NCBI GenBank assembly: GCA_028867755.1
Contig: JAGWFT010000001.1
Coordinates: 740,727-804,726, forward strand
Length of the DNA stretch: 64,000 nt
Source of the DNA: Nitrososphaerota archaeon
Lineage (GTDB): Archaea; Thermoproteota; Nitrososphaeria; Nitrososphaerales; Nitrosopumilaceae
Direction: 5' to 3'
In this document: positions 54,335 to 64,000 of the stretch, in pieces
Layout: the number at the start of each line of letters is the position of its first letter
How positions within the stretch are numbered: position 1 is the stretch's first letter
Program-made: the position numbers and the translations under genes
Notes under the pieces: model-generated
Told to the model about the DNA's origin: nothing
The model's database searches: none
What the model saw: the letters and a program-made list of their open reading frames with translations, nothing else

Positions 54335-56806
54335 ATGAAATTAATGCTAGTTGTCATACTAGCACTCTTTATTTTGGGGGCAAAGGTTTCATTTGGTGAA
54401 AAGGGAACTTATGTTGACAAAGTAGAATTCATACAATACTCAGATGCAAATACTGCCATTGAAGAGGTAAAAAATGGAAATCTAGACATTTACTATTCTC
54501 CAATACCATCAAGCATAATAGATCCACAACTGCGACAGGATCTTAACATATTCCAATCTACAGGAACAGAATACAGTCTTCTCGTGAATCCTGCCATATC
54601 AGCAAAATTCAATCCATTTTCAATAAAAGAGGTTCGTTATGCGCTAAACTACCTGGTGGATAGAAACATGATTGTAGACGAAATACTAAATGGATATGGC
54701 TCGCAGATGATATCTGCATACAAACCATATGATCCAGATTATCTTTTAATTCTGGGAAAACTTCAGTCATTTGATTTTAGATACAACCCTTCTCTTGCAG
54801 ACAAGATGATCTCAGATGCACTTACAAAAGCAGGTGCACAAAAAGTAGGTGGAAAATGGTATTATGATTCAAAACCAATAGAAATCACTATTTTTATCCG
54901 AAACGATGATCAAGTAAGAAAATCAATAGGGGAAATTCTTGCTTCCCAACTGCAAAAGATTGGATTTGTAGTAAAGACAAATTATGGAGACTTGTCAAAG
55001 GCATTTTCTGTCGTATATGGTTCAAATCCAGCAGATTCAGAATGGAACATATACACGGAGGCATACACTATTGGAGGATTTGTAAGGTATGATTCTGTAA
55101 TCATTGCTCAAATGTATTCTCCATGGTTCTCAAATATGCCTGGATTTAACAACCCAGAGTACTGGAATTATGACAACGCCTCTTTAGATTCAACATCCCA
55201 GGAAATTTTTGTAGGAAATTTTACCTCTTCTTCAACGAGAGCTGCATTGCTAAATGAAGGTGTTGATGAAGGCATACAAGAGTCTGTTAGAATATTTCTT
55301 GCAGCTCAAGTAGACCAATATGTTGCAAACAAGAAAACTCAGGGAATAATAAATGATTTTGGTGCAGGAATAACAAGCAGATTTACCCCAATTAACTCAC
55401 GAGACGGCTCTAATACTCTAAAAATTGGTGTAGGAAAGATCTATCAAGGCGCATGGAATCCAATAGCTGGATTTACTGATTCGTACAGCCAAGAGATGTC
55501 ATCTTCTGTGATAGACCCAGGTGATTTTAAGAATCCATACACCGGAATTACAATTCCTGTGAGAACTACATGGGAAGTCAAGACGGCTGGTCCCACAGGA
55601 AAACTTGATGTCCCAAGTGACGCCATTAGATGGGACCCAGAACAACAAAAATGGACTCAGATCGGATCTGGTGTCAAGGCAACTAGTAAGGTGACATTTC
55701 ATATGAAGTTTAGCAACTGGCACAACGGTAGCCCAATGGACATGAATGATGTACTCTATGGAATTTATTTTCTTTATCAGTGGGGATCTAATCATGCAGC
55801 ACAAACCAAGACATTTGATTCTGAATACTCCCCAAAGGCAAACCAAGCTGCAAACACACTGATAGGTGTTCGAGTTATTGACAATGATACCATAGAAGTA
55901 TACCAAGACTATTGGCATTTTGATGACAATGAGATAGCTGACTCGGCTCAACTCTGGCCCAGTATGCCATGGGAGATAATGTATGCAATGGAGAAATCTG
56001 TCACAGATGGAAAACTTGCGTTTTCAAGATCAGACGCAATAAACAAGAACATTGACTGGCTTTCGCTAATAGTTCCAGAAGATACCCAGATCATGAAATC
56101 CAATCTTCAGGAGTTTGAGAAAGATAATGATATACCTGTGGCATTGACAGGACTTGTTAATTCTAGTTATTCTAATTCAAGGTACGACTCTACGATATCA
56201 TGGATAGACAAACATGGAAATGCAATGATAAGCAACGGTCCGTTCTATCTTGACAGTTATCTGCCAGAGGCAAGAACTATCTCAATAAAATCATTTGACG
56301 ATTCTACCTATCCCTTTGGTGTAGGATACTGGAAGGGATTTGAGCAAGTACAGCTTCCAAAGATAGAAAAGATAGACGTACCAACAGTTGCAACTATCGG
56401 GCAGGAACTTGATATTCCAGCGTTGGCAACTGCTGATTCTGATGTATATTATTATTTCACCAATTCCCAAGGCAAGATGGTGTATGACGGGGTACAAAAT
56501 TCTGGCAACGGGAGTTTCAGTATCATAGTTCCCGCAGAAAAGACTGCTAATTTTACTGCTGGTGCAAATGACTTGAAAATCTTTACTGTCTCAAATGCTG
56601 CGTATCGGCCTGATGCATTTAGCACTAGTTTTCTTGCTACACAAGAGGGAGATGAAATTCCATCTCAGAAAGTTAGCATTATATCACAAAACACTATTGA
56701 TAATCAAAACTATGTTGTTATACCATTTGTAGTATCAGGTGTGACAATTGCTCTTGTCTACACAAGAATGAGAAAAAAACGAGCTTTAAGAGAGGTCAAA
56801 AAATAA
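54335..56806 (+). CDS. ABC transporter substrate-binding protein (family 5, peptide/nickel) with C-terminal TM
   Basis: NPFSIKEVRYALNYLVDR, FHMKFSNWHNG.PM..ND, ISNGPFYL; ATG 54335 preferred. Confidence 0.88.
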   Translation: MKLMLVVILALFILGAKVSFGEKGTYVDKVEFIQYSDANTAIEEVKNGNLDIYYSPIPSSIIDPQLRQDLNIFQSTGTEYSLLVNPAISAKFNPFSIKEVRYALNYLVDRNMIVDEILNGYGSQMISAYKPYDPDYLLILGKLQSFDFRYNPSLADKMISDALTKAGAQKVGGKWYYDSKPIEITIFIRNDDQVRKSIGEILASQLQKIGFVVKTNYGDLSKAFSVVYGSNPADSEWNIYTEAYTIGGFVRYDSVIIAQMYSPWFSNMPGFNNPEYWNYDNASLDSTSQEIFVGNFTSSSTRAALLNEGVDEGIQESVRIFLAAQVDQYVANKKTQGIINDFGAGITSRFTPINSRDGSNTLKIGVGKIYQGAWNPIAGFTDSYSQEMSSSVIDPGDFKNPYTGITIPVRTTWEVKTAGPTGKLDVPSDAIRWDPEQQKWTQIGSGVKATSKVTFHMKFSNWHNGSPMDMNDVLYGIYFLYQWGSNHAAQTKTFDSEYSPKANQAANTLIGVRVIDNDTIEVYQDYWHFDDNEIADSAQLWPSMPWEIMYAMEKSVTDGKLAFSRSDAINKNIDWLSLIVPEDTQIMKSNLQEFEKDNDIPVALTGLVNSSYSNSRYDSTISWIDKHGNAMISNGPFYLDSYLPEARTISIKSFDDSTYPFGVGYWKGFEQVQLPKIEKIDVPTVATIGQELDIPALATADSDVYYYFTNSQGKMVYDGVQNSGNGSFSIIVPAEKTANFTAGANDLKIFTVSNAAYRPDAFSTSFLATQEGDEIPSQKVSIISQNTIDNQNYVVIPFVVSGVTIALVYTRMRKKRALREVKK

Positions 56807-57859
56807 ATGGGATTCAAAAAATATCTTGCAAAACGTGCAATCACAATGTTTGGCGTCTTGATGGCGACGCTTTTGATAACAGTTGCACTTGTAGGCTCTA
56901 ACATGGATGCAATACTAAAGCAAAGTGTGGCTCTAGAAATAAGACAGCAAGTAACAAACAACAAAAGTTTGATCTCAAGCTTCAAGACACCAGAACAACT
57001 TGACTTGTATGTTCAAAATCAAATAAAAGAAAGAATAGTGGCACTTGGACTTGACCAGCCCTGGTACACTCCACAAAGGCTTGGGCTTGCCATGTACAAA
57101 ATCCTGACACTTGATTTTGGTCATGCGAAATTTCTTACAAGTGATACAGGCTCTTCTGATGTAAAGGACATAATACTTGAAAAGCTTCCAAGAACAATTT
57201 TGCTCTTTACTACTGCCACTGCCATAGTTTCATTACTTGGCATATTGCTGGGTGCCATTGCTGCAAGCAAAGTAAATTCAAAAATTGATAAAATAACATC
57301 AGGCTTTGCCATAATTAGCAGTAGTTTTCCTGTCTGGTGGATAGGGCTAATTATGATCTTTTTATTTGCATTTGTTTACCCAGTGTTTCCTGCAAGGGCA
57401 ACTCCAACAATTCCCGTAACAGATCCTGGATATCTATCGTCTCTTCTGTATCACATGGCACTTCCGTTGATAACGCTTGTCTTGATTGGATTTGGCTCCT
57501 GGGCCTATCTTGTCCGCAACTTTTTGGTGGGAGTTTTGCAAGAGGACTTTATCATGGCAAAAAGGACTGCAGGCATCGATGAGAAAAAAATACTATACCG
57601 TCATGCCTTAAAGAATGCCGCTCCTCCTATAGTGACCGTCCTTGCCTTGAGTCTCTCTGGCTCTCTTGGCGGTGCAATAATAACAGAAGCAGTATTTGAC
57701 TGGCCTGGGATGGGAAGATTGTACTATGAGGCAATAAGTGTTCTTGACTTGCCAGTAATAATTGGTGCAACCTATGTTCTGACAGCATTCTTTCTTGTTA
57801 GCATATTTCTGGCAGATGTATTGTATGGATACTTTGATCCTAGGGTGAGACGACAATGA
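56807..57859 (+). CDS. ABC transporter permease (DppB/OppB-like)
   Basis: EDFIMAKRTAG..EKKIL.RHALKNA, EAVFDWPGMG. Confidence 0.93.
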   Translation: MGFKKYLAKRAITMFGVLMATLLITVALVGSNMDAILKQSVALEIRQQVTNNKSLISSFKTPEQLDLYVQNQIKERIVALGLDQPWYTPQRLGLAMYKILTLDFGHAKFLTSDTGSSDVKDIILEKLPRTILLFTTATAIVSLLGILLGAIAASKVNSKIDKITSGFAIISSSFPVWWIGLIMIFLFAFVYPVFPARATPTIPVTDPGYLSSLLYHMALPLITLVLIGFGSWAYLVRNFLVGVLQEDFIMAKRTAGIDEKKILYRHALKNAAPPIVTVLALSLSGSLGGAIITEAVFDWPGMGRLYYEAISVLDLPVIIGATYVLTAFFLVSIFLADVLYGYFDPRVRRQ

Positions 57860-59214
57860 GTTTTTCTCCAAAAGAAATCTGGAAAGAATTTGCAAGCAGT
57901 AACATTGCACTAGTGGGTATTGGGATTATAGCTGTGTTACTTTGCATGTCAATAGCTGCCTTTGTCACTATTCCCGCTGAGACTTTTAGGGAGTGGAACG
58001 ATCCCTCAAGCTGGCTTGCGTATCCCAAATCTGCGCTTCCTGCTTGGATTAACTATTTTCTTCCAGAAAAGATTCCAGAACACTTGATCTTAAAACCTCA
58101 AGAGTCTCATCAAGAATCAGGTGGGGTGTCTGTTGTGACTGATGTGTTTGTAACGGACTACCAGTACGACTCTTTTCCAAGTGATTTTATCTACCAGTAT
58201 AAGGCTGAGTATCAAGGCTCTCCACTAGTACAACTCTCAGTTACGCGACCTGATGGTTTAAGCTCCGTTCTAATGTCAACATCATTGCCACAATCTACAA
58301 GCAATACAACATTTGAGGCAATGTTGTTTTCTACAGATGACTCTATGAAAAAGAACATCCAAAATAAAATAAAATTTCTATTTCCTGTTGATTTTGTTCC
58401 TTCACAAGATCTGGTCTTTTCAGACCTTGATCAAAATAAGGTCCTAAAGGGGGTTTATGTTTTCAAGGTGACAGTTTATGATGTATCTGGAAACCTCACA
58501 CTTGATCAATCAAAGTTCATTCTGGGTGGAAAAGTATACGGGTTTATGGGAACTGATGAGCTAAGACGAGACCTTGCAGTTGGAATTTTGTGGGGAACAC
58601 CATTGGCACTCTTTATTGGAATTACTGTCTCAATAGGCTCTGTGGTATTTGGACTAGTCTATGGAGTTTTTGCTGGCTTCAAAGGACGTGCTACTGATGA
58701 GGTGATGATGCGTTTCAATGATATCATATATGCAATGCCAGCCCTACCACTTTTGATAATTTTAGCAGTGACAATAGGAAACAGCATATTTCTTATCGTG
58801 GGATTTTTGGTAGTGTTTGGTTGGGTAGGGATAGCAAAAGTATCAAGAAGTATGGCCATGCAAATAAAGACACTTCAATACGTCGAAGCTTCAAAGCTGA
58901 TGGGGCAGAAAGATTTCAAAATAATATTCAAACATATATTGCCACAACTTCTCCCATACGCCTTTGCAAGCATCGCAATATCTGTTCCAGCAGCGATAAC
59001 TACTGAGGCAGGACTCAGCTTCCTGGGCCTTGGGGATCCAGCATTTCCTACATGGGGACAGATACTGCATGATGCCAGCGTCTACGGAGCTGCTGAAAGG
59101 GGACTGTGGTGGTGGATTCTACCACCTGGAATTATGATCGCAATAACTGGTCTTGCCTTTGTCTTCATTGGCCATGCAATGGATACAATAGTTAATCCTA
59201 CGCTACGACGTTAG
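57856..59214 (+). CDS. ABC transporter permease (DppC/OppC-like)
   Basis: GTDELRRD, YVEASKLMG, KHILPQ, EAGLSFLGLG. Confidence 0.93.
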   Translation: MSFSPKEIWKEFASSNIALVGIGIIAVLLCMSIAAFVTIPAETFREWNDPSSWLAYPKSALPAWINYFLPEKIPEHLILKPQESHQESGGVSVVTDVFVTDYQYDSFPSDFIYQYKAEYQGSPLVQLSVTRPDGLSSVLMSTSLPQSTSNTTFEAMLFSTDDSMKKNIQNKIKFLFPVDFVPSQDLVFSDLDQNKVLKGVYVFKVTVYDVSGNLTLDQSKFILGGKVYGFMGTDELRRDLAVGILWGTPLALFIGITVSIGSVVFGLVYGVFAGFKGRATDEVMMRFNDIIYAMPALPLLIILAVTIGNSIFLIVGFLVVFGWVGIAKVSRSMAMQIKTLQYVEASKLMGQKDFKIIFKHILPQLLPYAFASIAISVPAAITTEAGLSFLGLGDPAFPTWGQILHDASVYGAAERGLWWWILPPGIMIAITGLAFVFIGHAMDTIVNPTLRR

Positions 59215-59527
59215 AATTAAACTGACGAATTATCTTTATTGTTTCATCACTGAGTCTCACAGTATATGCAGCAGCGTTAGGATCTGTAGACTGGGACAAC
59301 ATCTCTGCAAATTGAGTTTTATCTTTTCCTCTTTGATACATGCCTCCAGACTCTTTAATGCATAAAGGAAACTTTTGTAGCTTGAGACCGTTTTGGAAAA
59401 GATGCGACATGAATTTTTTATAATTTTCTGGGGAATACCATTCTGCATTATTTTCCTCGCAAAGCATTATCCAAGTATCTATTGTATTTTGGAATAATGC
59501 CTTCTTCCTAAGTTCTTCTAGTGTCAT
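59198..59527 (-). CDS. Conserved hypothetical protein
   Basis: 109-aa ORF ALFQNTIDTWI...KFPLCIKESGG; fits the gene-dense minus-strand run. Confidence 0.7.
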   Translation of the reverse strand: MTLEELRKKALFQNTIDTWIMLCEENNAEWYSPENYKKFMSHLFQNGLKLQKFPLCIKESGGMYQRGKDKTQFAEMLSQSTDPNAAAYTVRLSDETIKIIRQFNSNVVA

Positions 59528-59536
59528 CTCTTGATT

Positions 59537-59845
59537 TTAGAAATCTGCTCTTTTCATCTTAGAGCCACATCTTGGGCAGGTTCCACCCTTGAATCTATTG
59601 TTACATGCAAGACAAATGTACTTGACTCCTTGGCCTTGACCGAAGAATCCACCTCCGCCGCTTCCAGTGTCTGTACCCATTCCTCCCATTCTCTTGAGCG
59701 CCCTGTTTCTCAAGAAGAGAGGGAATACTATGAAGATGGCTAATGCTGCTATCAAACCGTATGGCCATGGTAAAAGCATCTGTAATCCAATGCTAACTGC
59801 AAGTGAACCGAAAAGGAAGATAAGATAAGTTTTATAATTTATCAA
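59537..59845 (-). CDS. Small membrane protein with a zinc ribbon
   Basis: Two TMs, Gly-rich linker, CLAC...CPRCGSK. Confidence 0.75.
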   Translation of the reverse strand: MINYKTYLIFLFGSLAVSIGLQMLLPWPYGLIAALAIFIVFPLFLRNRALKRMGGMGTDTGSGGGGFFGQGQGVKYICLACNNRFKGGTCPRCGSKMKRADF

Positions 59846-59881
59846 TGTTTCATGTTATAGCAAAAAGCTTATAAATTTTTG

Positions 59882-60295
59882 TCATGATTCCCCCAAACTC
59901 ACTATCATCTCAAGTATGTTACCATCTCTGTCATATGCAAACAAATCATCGTCTTCATAGGGGGATTGCACAATTATTGAAACAAAACCGAAAAAATTAT
60001 GCAAATCTGTGACAGAAGGCTTTGCTACTCCGCTTGGATGTGAGTGAACAGTACCGACATAACTAGGATCTAGAGGCAGAAATGTATATGGAAATCCTGC
60101 AAATGTGGGACCAGTATGTGAAAATGGTGGTATGACAAGGCCATCAACAAAGATTTGACCTTTTTTGTATCTGCCTCGTAAGATGAGAATTCCTTCATTA
60201 GGGTGATTCATCTTGCAATAAGTCAGAATCCCATCTCGGGTTTCTTTGGTTATGGTTACGGTTCTACGTGATCGTTGTTCTTTCTTGAAGATCAC
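59882..60295 (-). CDS. JAB/MPN+ (JAMM) metalloprotease
   Basis: PNEGILIL...GTVHSHPSG...PS..D (E, HxH, D). Confidence 0.9.
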   Translation of the reverse strand: MIFKKEQRSRRTVTITKETRDGILTYCKMNHPNEGILILRGRYKKGQIFVDGLVIPPFSHTGPTFAGFPYTFLPLDPSYVGTVHSHPSGVAKPSVTDLHNFFGFVSIIVQSPYEDDDLFAYDRDGNILEMIVSLGES

Positions 60296-60348
60296 GATAT
60301 GGTTTTTACATGGAACCTAATTAAACTTAGAAACTGTATTTTTCTATT

Positions 60349-61638
60349 CTATATTTTGATGATGACTTTTGTGTTATTTAGATGAGTTAGGTCTCTTTCT
60401 AGTTCCAACTTGGCAGTATCTAGTTGGGCTTTGTTTTCACTAATCTCTCTCTCTAGTTTCTTATTAGATGTCTGCAGATCTATCAAATTTGTTCTTGCTT
60501 TCTCGTTCTCTTTTTCTTTTGTCTCTAACACCTTCACATTAAATACATCCAAGTTAATTTCAAGATCGGAAATCTTTTTTTCATAAGCGTTTTTTAGTTT
60601 TAGAAACTCGTCCAGTCTTTCTATTGTTTCTTCGATTGACTCTATTGATTTATCTGAATCCTTGACTGAAACATTGCCTGCCACAACTGATTTGGCAGTA
60701 GCTTGTAAAATCTCAACAAGCGCATCTTTATTCTGAATTGAGATGACTTCGTATGGGTCCAAAATGAATTCCTCCATTAACTTTTTCATTGGCTTGTCAA
60801 ATGAAGATACATAGCTATACTTGCTAAGTGGTCTTGAAATCTTGATAAACTGTGAGCTTACCTTACTCTTAATTTCCTGTTTTTCACCAGAGAGCAGGCC
60901 TATTTTCTTTTTGATCTCCAAAAATTCTCTATATTCAGATTTGGATCTTAATTCAGATATTTCTTGCTCGAGCCTTGTAATGGTATTTGAAGTTTCATCT
61001 TTTTCATTTATGATTTCTGTAATTCTTTGATTTTTTTGCTTTTCTTCTATTCTTAAGGCATCAATCTTTTTTATATTTTCAAGTATGGTAAAAGAACTTG
61101 ACTTGAAACTTTCTTGTTCGTTTATTAATCTCTGTAGTATGTTTCTATTTTGCGCAAGCTTTGCAATTTCTTCTTTAAGTTTGTCTGCATATTTTCTTGC
61201 AAAAACATGCATGACTCTAGTATGCAATCCCAAAATATCTCCAATTCTTTTGAGTATCTGGTTAACTTCATTGTTGATTTCTATTACATCATCATATCTT
61301 TCAATATTGGTTAACTTTATGCTGGTCTCTTTTTTGATAGTAGATACTACTGCATCTTTACCTCTTATTCCAACTATTTTCAGGTTCTTATCCACGTCAT
61401 CAAGCTTCAAGTTATCTGATTCTAAATGAAGAATTATCTTGTGAATGTTTTTTTGATTGAGCTCAATCTCTGTTTTGAGTTGCTTGGCTTCTTGAAGTAT
61501 GTTTAACACACGTGGACCTTCAATCTCTTTAATGATTGATGGTATATCTTGCAAAAGGATCTCTTTTTGGTAGTGACTTGGCTCTACTGGATTTTCTACT
61601 GTTTTTTTCTTTCCAAAACCAAAGACCATGTATGTCAC
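60349..61638 (-). CDS. Coiled-coil protein
   Basis: Lys/Glu-rich heptads; start may be ATG 61629. Confidence 0.8.
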   Translation of the reverse strand: MTYMVFGFGKKKTVENPVEPSHYQKEILLQDIPSIIKEIEGPRVLNILQEAKQLKTEIELNQKNIHKIILHLESDNLKLDDVDKNLKIVGIRGKDAVVSTIKKETSIKLTNIERYDDVIEINNEVNQILKRIGDILGLHTRVMHVFARKYADKLKEEIAKLAQNRNILQRLINEQESFKSSSFTILENIKKIDALRIEEKQKNQRITEIINEKDETSNTITRLEQEISELRSKSEYREFLEIKKKIGLLSGEKQEIKSKVSSQFIKISRPLSKYSYVSSFDKPMKKLMEEFILDPYEVISIQNKDALVEILQATAKSVVAGNVSVKDSDKSIESIEETIERLDEFLKLKNAYEKKISDLEINLDVFNVKVLETKEKENEKARTNLIDLQTSNKKLEREISENKAQLDTAKLELERDLTHLNNTKVIIKI

Positions 61639-61668
61639 CTAAGATAGAATGTCACAACGTTAAATATT

Positions 61669-61998
61669 ATGCATAGCAAGATTACTGCCGTGAGTGATAT
61701 AAGGCTGATAATGGTGGGATCGGTAATTATCTTTGCGGGTTTTTATATTGCAGGAATGGCAGGTTCTCAATATTCTCAGATTTCTATACAAACAAGCCAG
61801 TTTGATGAGTGTTATGACTATTCTTCTGGTAATGCGGTACATGTTAGCTGTGTACAAAAAGAACACGATGCTCTTCTCTACCTATCTCTGGCATTAGGAC
61901 TTATTGGCATGGGGGCTTATATTATTTTCAGAGGAATAAAGGGAAGATGGGATCAGAATGTAAAAAGTGGCGAAATGTTAGGTCCAAAACATGACTAA
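61669..61998 (+). CDS. Small 2-TM protein with a loop Cys pair
   Basis: TM-FDECYDY...VSC-TM. Confidence 0.7.
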   Translation: MHSKITAVSDIRLIMVGSVIIFAGFYIAGMAGSQYSQISIQTSQFDECYDYSSGNAVHVSCVQKEHDALLYLSLALGLIGMGAYIIFRGIKGRWDQNVKSGEMLGPKHD

Positions 61999-62152
61999 AA
62001 ATTTGGCTAATTTGATGTGTGTTCTTATTTTTTATTGGGATAAATAATAAAACTAAAACACAGTATTGTCAATACGCTCAAGATCTTCTTATTGTATATC
62101 TCAAACATGTTGATTTTTTGATAATTTCACTTGTCATATCGTGAAAAAGGTA

Positions 62153-62248
62153 CGCCAGGTAAGGGATTCGAACCCCTGAGTGCAGAAGCACAACCGCTAT
62201 CTTGTATATGATCTCGAGGCGGTCGCCGTACCGCTTGGCTAACCTGGC
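62153..62248 (-). tRNA. tRNA-Ser(CGA) with a 14-nt intron at 37/38 (62199-62212)
   Basis: Acceptor GCCAGGT/ACCTGGC, anticodon stem ACCGC/GCGGT, loop CT-CGA-G|intron|A, long variable arm, GGTTCGAATCC. Confidence 0.92.
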
Positions 62249-62303
62249 AACTTGTGAAGACTCGGTCTTGGGCACATAAATACAATGAGAATAAAGTGAT
62301 CTA

Positions 62304-62319
62304 TTGATCATATGATCAA
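62304..62319. promoter_or_regulatory. Perfect 16-bp palindrome between tRNA-Ser and the small ORF/RHH genes
   Basis: ttgatcatatgatcaa, immediately before tatataataa. Confidence 0.45.
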
Positions 62320-62367
62320 GTATATAATAAAGGATATAAAGTAGATAATACACCATAAGAATATCGA

Positions 62368-62541
62368 ATGGAGACAATAACAAAAAAAACCATACTAATT
62401 GAATTTCAAGGCAAAAAGTATGCTCTCCCGGACGATTCTACCATCGATGATCTTCTTGATTCACTTGGTTTGACAAAAGACAAGCCTGTAAGGATGCTGG
62501 CTACAAATGATGGTTTTATTTTGATGCCAGATATGCAATAA
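62368..62541 (+). CDS. 57-aa ThiS/MoaD-like microprotein without C-terminal GG (not in the ORF track)
   Basis: METITKKTILIEFQGKKYALPDDSTIDDLLDSLGLTKDKPVRMLATNDGFILMPDMQ. Confidence 0.6.
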   Translation: METITKKTILIEFQGKKYALPDDSTIDDLLDSLGLTKDKPVRMLATNDGFILMPDMQ

Positions 62542-62597
62542 TTGATAGTAGATAGTTTATTATTGATATGTTCTAATCTATAATTAGGTTAGGCATT

Positions 62598-62780
62598 TTG
62601 GCAAAGACTCGCATATCGATTACTATTGACAGCAAGATTGCAAAGGCGATTGAAAATTATTACCGTGAAAAGGTCAAACTGGCTGCAGAAAAAGATGAAG
62701 CCATACCTAAACTCTCAAATGTTTACGAAGAGATAATTGAAAGAGGCTGGGAATACAAATCTACTACTAGGAAAAAATAG
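62598..62780 (+). CDS. Ribbon-helix-helix DNA-binding protein
   Basis: KTRISITID..IA..IE......LSNVYEEIIERG. Confidence 0.8.
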   Translation: MAKTRISITIDSKIAKAIENYYREKVKLAAEKDEAIPKLSNVYEEIIERGWEYKSTTRKK

Positions 62781-62815
62781 GAAAAGCAAAAAGCATCTTG
62801 TTCTAAACTAAATTT

Positions 62816-63841
62816 ATGGGCCTAGATATCAAAACACTGTGTGTCAGAGAAAGGACTAATCTTGAGTCTTTTGCGTCTAAAATTGTTGCAATAGACGCAT
62901 ACAATGCAATTTATCAATTCCTATCCATTATTCGTGGACCTGATGGGTTACCTCTTACAGATTATAGTGGCAAAATCACAAGCCATATCACAGGTCTTTT
63001 TTATAGGAACATCAATTTTCTGTCTCTTGGAATAAAACCTGTTTATGTATTTGATGGAAAACCTCCATCGCTCAAATCAGCAGAAATAGAAAGAAGAAAA
63101 CAGATCAAAAAAGAAGCCACAATAAAGTATGAAAATGCAATTAGTCAAGGAAAATATGAAGACGCAAAAAAATATGCTCAGCAAACATCCATTCTAAAAG
63201 ATGAGATGGTGGCAGATTCTAAGAGACTATTGACTCTATTTGGAATTCCTTTCATTCAGGCAGAATCCGAAGGTGAATCTACTGCTGCTTATTTGACGAT
63301 GACTGGGCAAGCTCACGCAGCTGCAAGTCAAGATTTTGACTCGCTCTTGTTTGGGGCAAAGAGGCTTGTACGAAACTTTACAAACAACGGTAAGAGAAAA
63401 CTCCCTAATAGAAACACAACCATAGAAGTAGAGCCAGAAATTATTGATCTGGCTAAAACTTTGAGTGAACTTGGAATAACCCGTGAACAACTAGTAGATC
63501 TGGGAATATTGATAGGGACTGACTTTAACCCGGATGGTTTTGAGAGGATAGGGCCAAAGACTGCATTAAAGGCAATAAAGCAATATGAAAAACTAGAGGC
63601 AATACCGCAAATTCAAGAAAAACTAGATCAGATTGATTATGGGCAAATACGAAAAATATTTCTTGATCCACAAGTAACAAAAGTCTCTGAAATAAAATTT
63701 GGGGATGTAGATTATCAGGGCATAACAGGCTATCTTACAAAAGAACGAAACTTTTCCATTGAAAGAGTAGAAACATCATTGAATAGGTTAAAAAAGTCTG
63801 TAGAAAAAAAAAGCCACACTCTAGAACAGTGGTTCAAATAA
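62816..63841 (+). CDS. fen: Flap endonuclease 1
   Basis: [44 protein letters not shown]-terminal PIP box HTLEQWF. Confidence 0.97.
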   Translation: MGLDIKTLCVRERTNLESFASKIVAIDAYNAIYQFLSIIRGPDGLPLTDYSGKITSHITGLFYRNINFLSLGIKPVYVFDGKPPSLKSAEIERRKQIKKEATIKYENAISQGKYEDAKKYAQQTSILKDEMVADSKRLLTLFGIPFIQAESEGESTAAYLTMTGQAHAAASQDFDSLLFGAKRLVRNFTNNGKRKLPNRNTTIEVEPEIIDLAKTLSELGITREQLVDLGILIGTDFNPDGFERIGPKTALKAIKQYEKLEAIPQIQEKLDQIDYGQIRKIFLDPQVTKVSEIKFGDVDYQGITGYLTKERNFSIERVETSLNRLKKSVEKKSHTLEQWFK

Positions 63842-63852
63842 ACTCCAAAATT

Positions 63853-64000
63853 CTAGCGTAATCTCTTTCGCTTTTCTTCTATTCTTTTTTCAGATTCCAA
63901 TCTTTCAAGATTGTAATTTTTAAGATCGACGTATTTTATTATCTGACTAAGATTTGGATGTACTTTTTTAATTGACTTGAACATTTCCTGCGCAACTTTA
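63853..64000 (-). CDS. 3' end of a gene entering from the right edge; possibly a ThyX-like FAD-dependent thymidylate synthase
   Basis: Open frame KVAQEMFKSIKKVHPNLSQIIKYVDLKNYNLERLESEKRIEEKRKRLR-stop; product guess from a recalled C-terminus only. Confidence 0.4.
   Translation of the reverse strand, partial: KVAQEMFKSIKKVHPNLSQIIKYVDLKNYNLERLESEKRIEEKRKRLR

Noticed and set aside
53704-54399. 231-aa plus-strand ORF
   Set aside because: Antisense to the Mrr-like gene and overlapping the SBP start; composition is typical of a shadow frame.
62078-62383. 101-aa minus-strand ORF
   Set aside because: It runs through tRNA-Ser and its promoter.
1-64000. CRISPR arrays, transposases, integrases or a provirus at the two tRNAs
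   Set aside because: No regularly spaced direct repeats, no DDE/tyrosine-recombinase ORFs and no duplicated tRNA 3' ends were seen by eye; a formal repeat search was not run.

Overview
This is a chromosomal segment of an AT-rich archaeon. Gene content points to an ammonia-oxidising Nitrososphaerota (Thaumarchaeota) member, possibly Nitrosotalea-like: class I LysRS, Elp3, cofG/H/C/D, aIF1/SUI1, Sec61-beta, FEN-1, Tsr3, EMC3-type insertase, archaeal RNase P RNA and an intron-containing tRNA. This assignment is inferred, not searched. About 21-64 kb is mostly housekeeping (translation, tRNA modification, F420, purine, transport, surface proteins, tRNA-Pro(UGG), tRNA-Ser(CGA), RNase P RNA). About 1-17 kb is accessory-looking and holds the best candidates for new biology. 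(i) A putative copper module: a 3-TM Met-rich protein, two tandem wHTH paralogues and two exported cupredoxins sharing a 35-bp upstream motif, plus a divergent secreted protein built of four 'M[MI]LVA...P[RK]PxE[GN][IV]DGIP' repeats. (ii) A bacterial-type, GC-rich rlmN. (iii) An Lrp/AsnC-GAF fusion regulator with two 17-bp palindromes, facing a small membrane protein with a Cys pair that has a paralogue 8.5 kb away. (iv) Several small ORFs and structured elements missed by the ORF track. No CRISPR array, transposase or integrase was seen. All family calls are from motif recognition by eye; no database was run.
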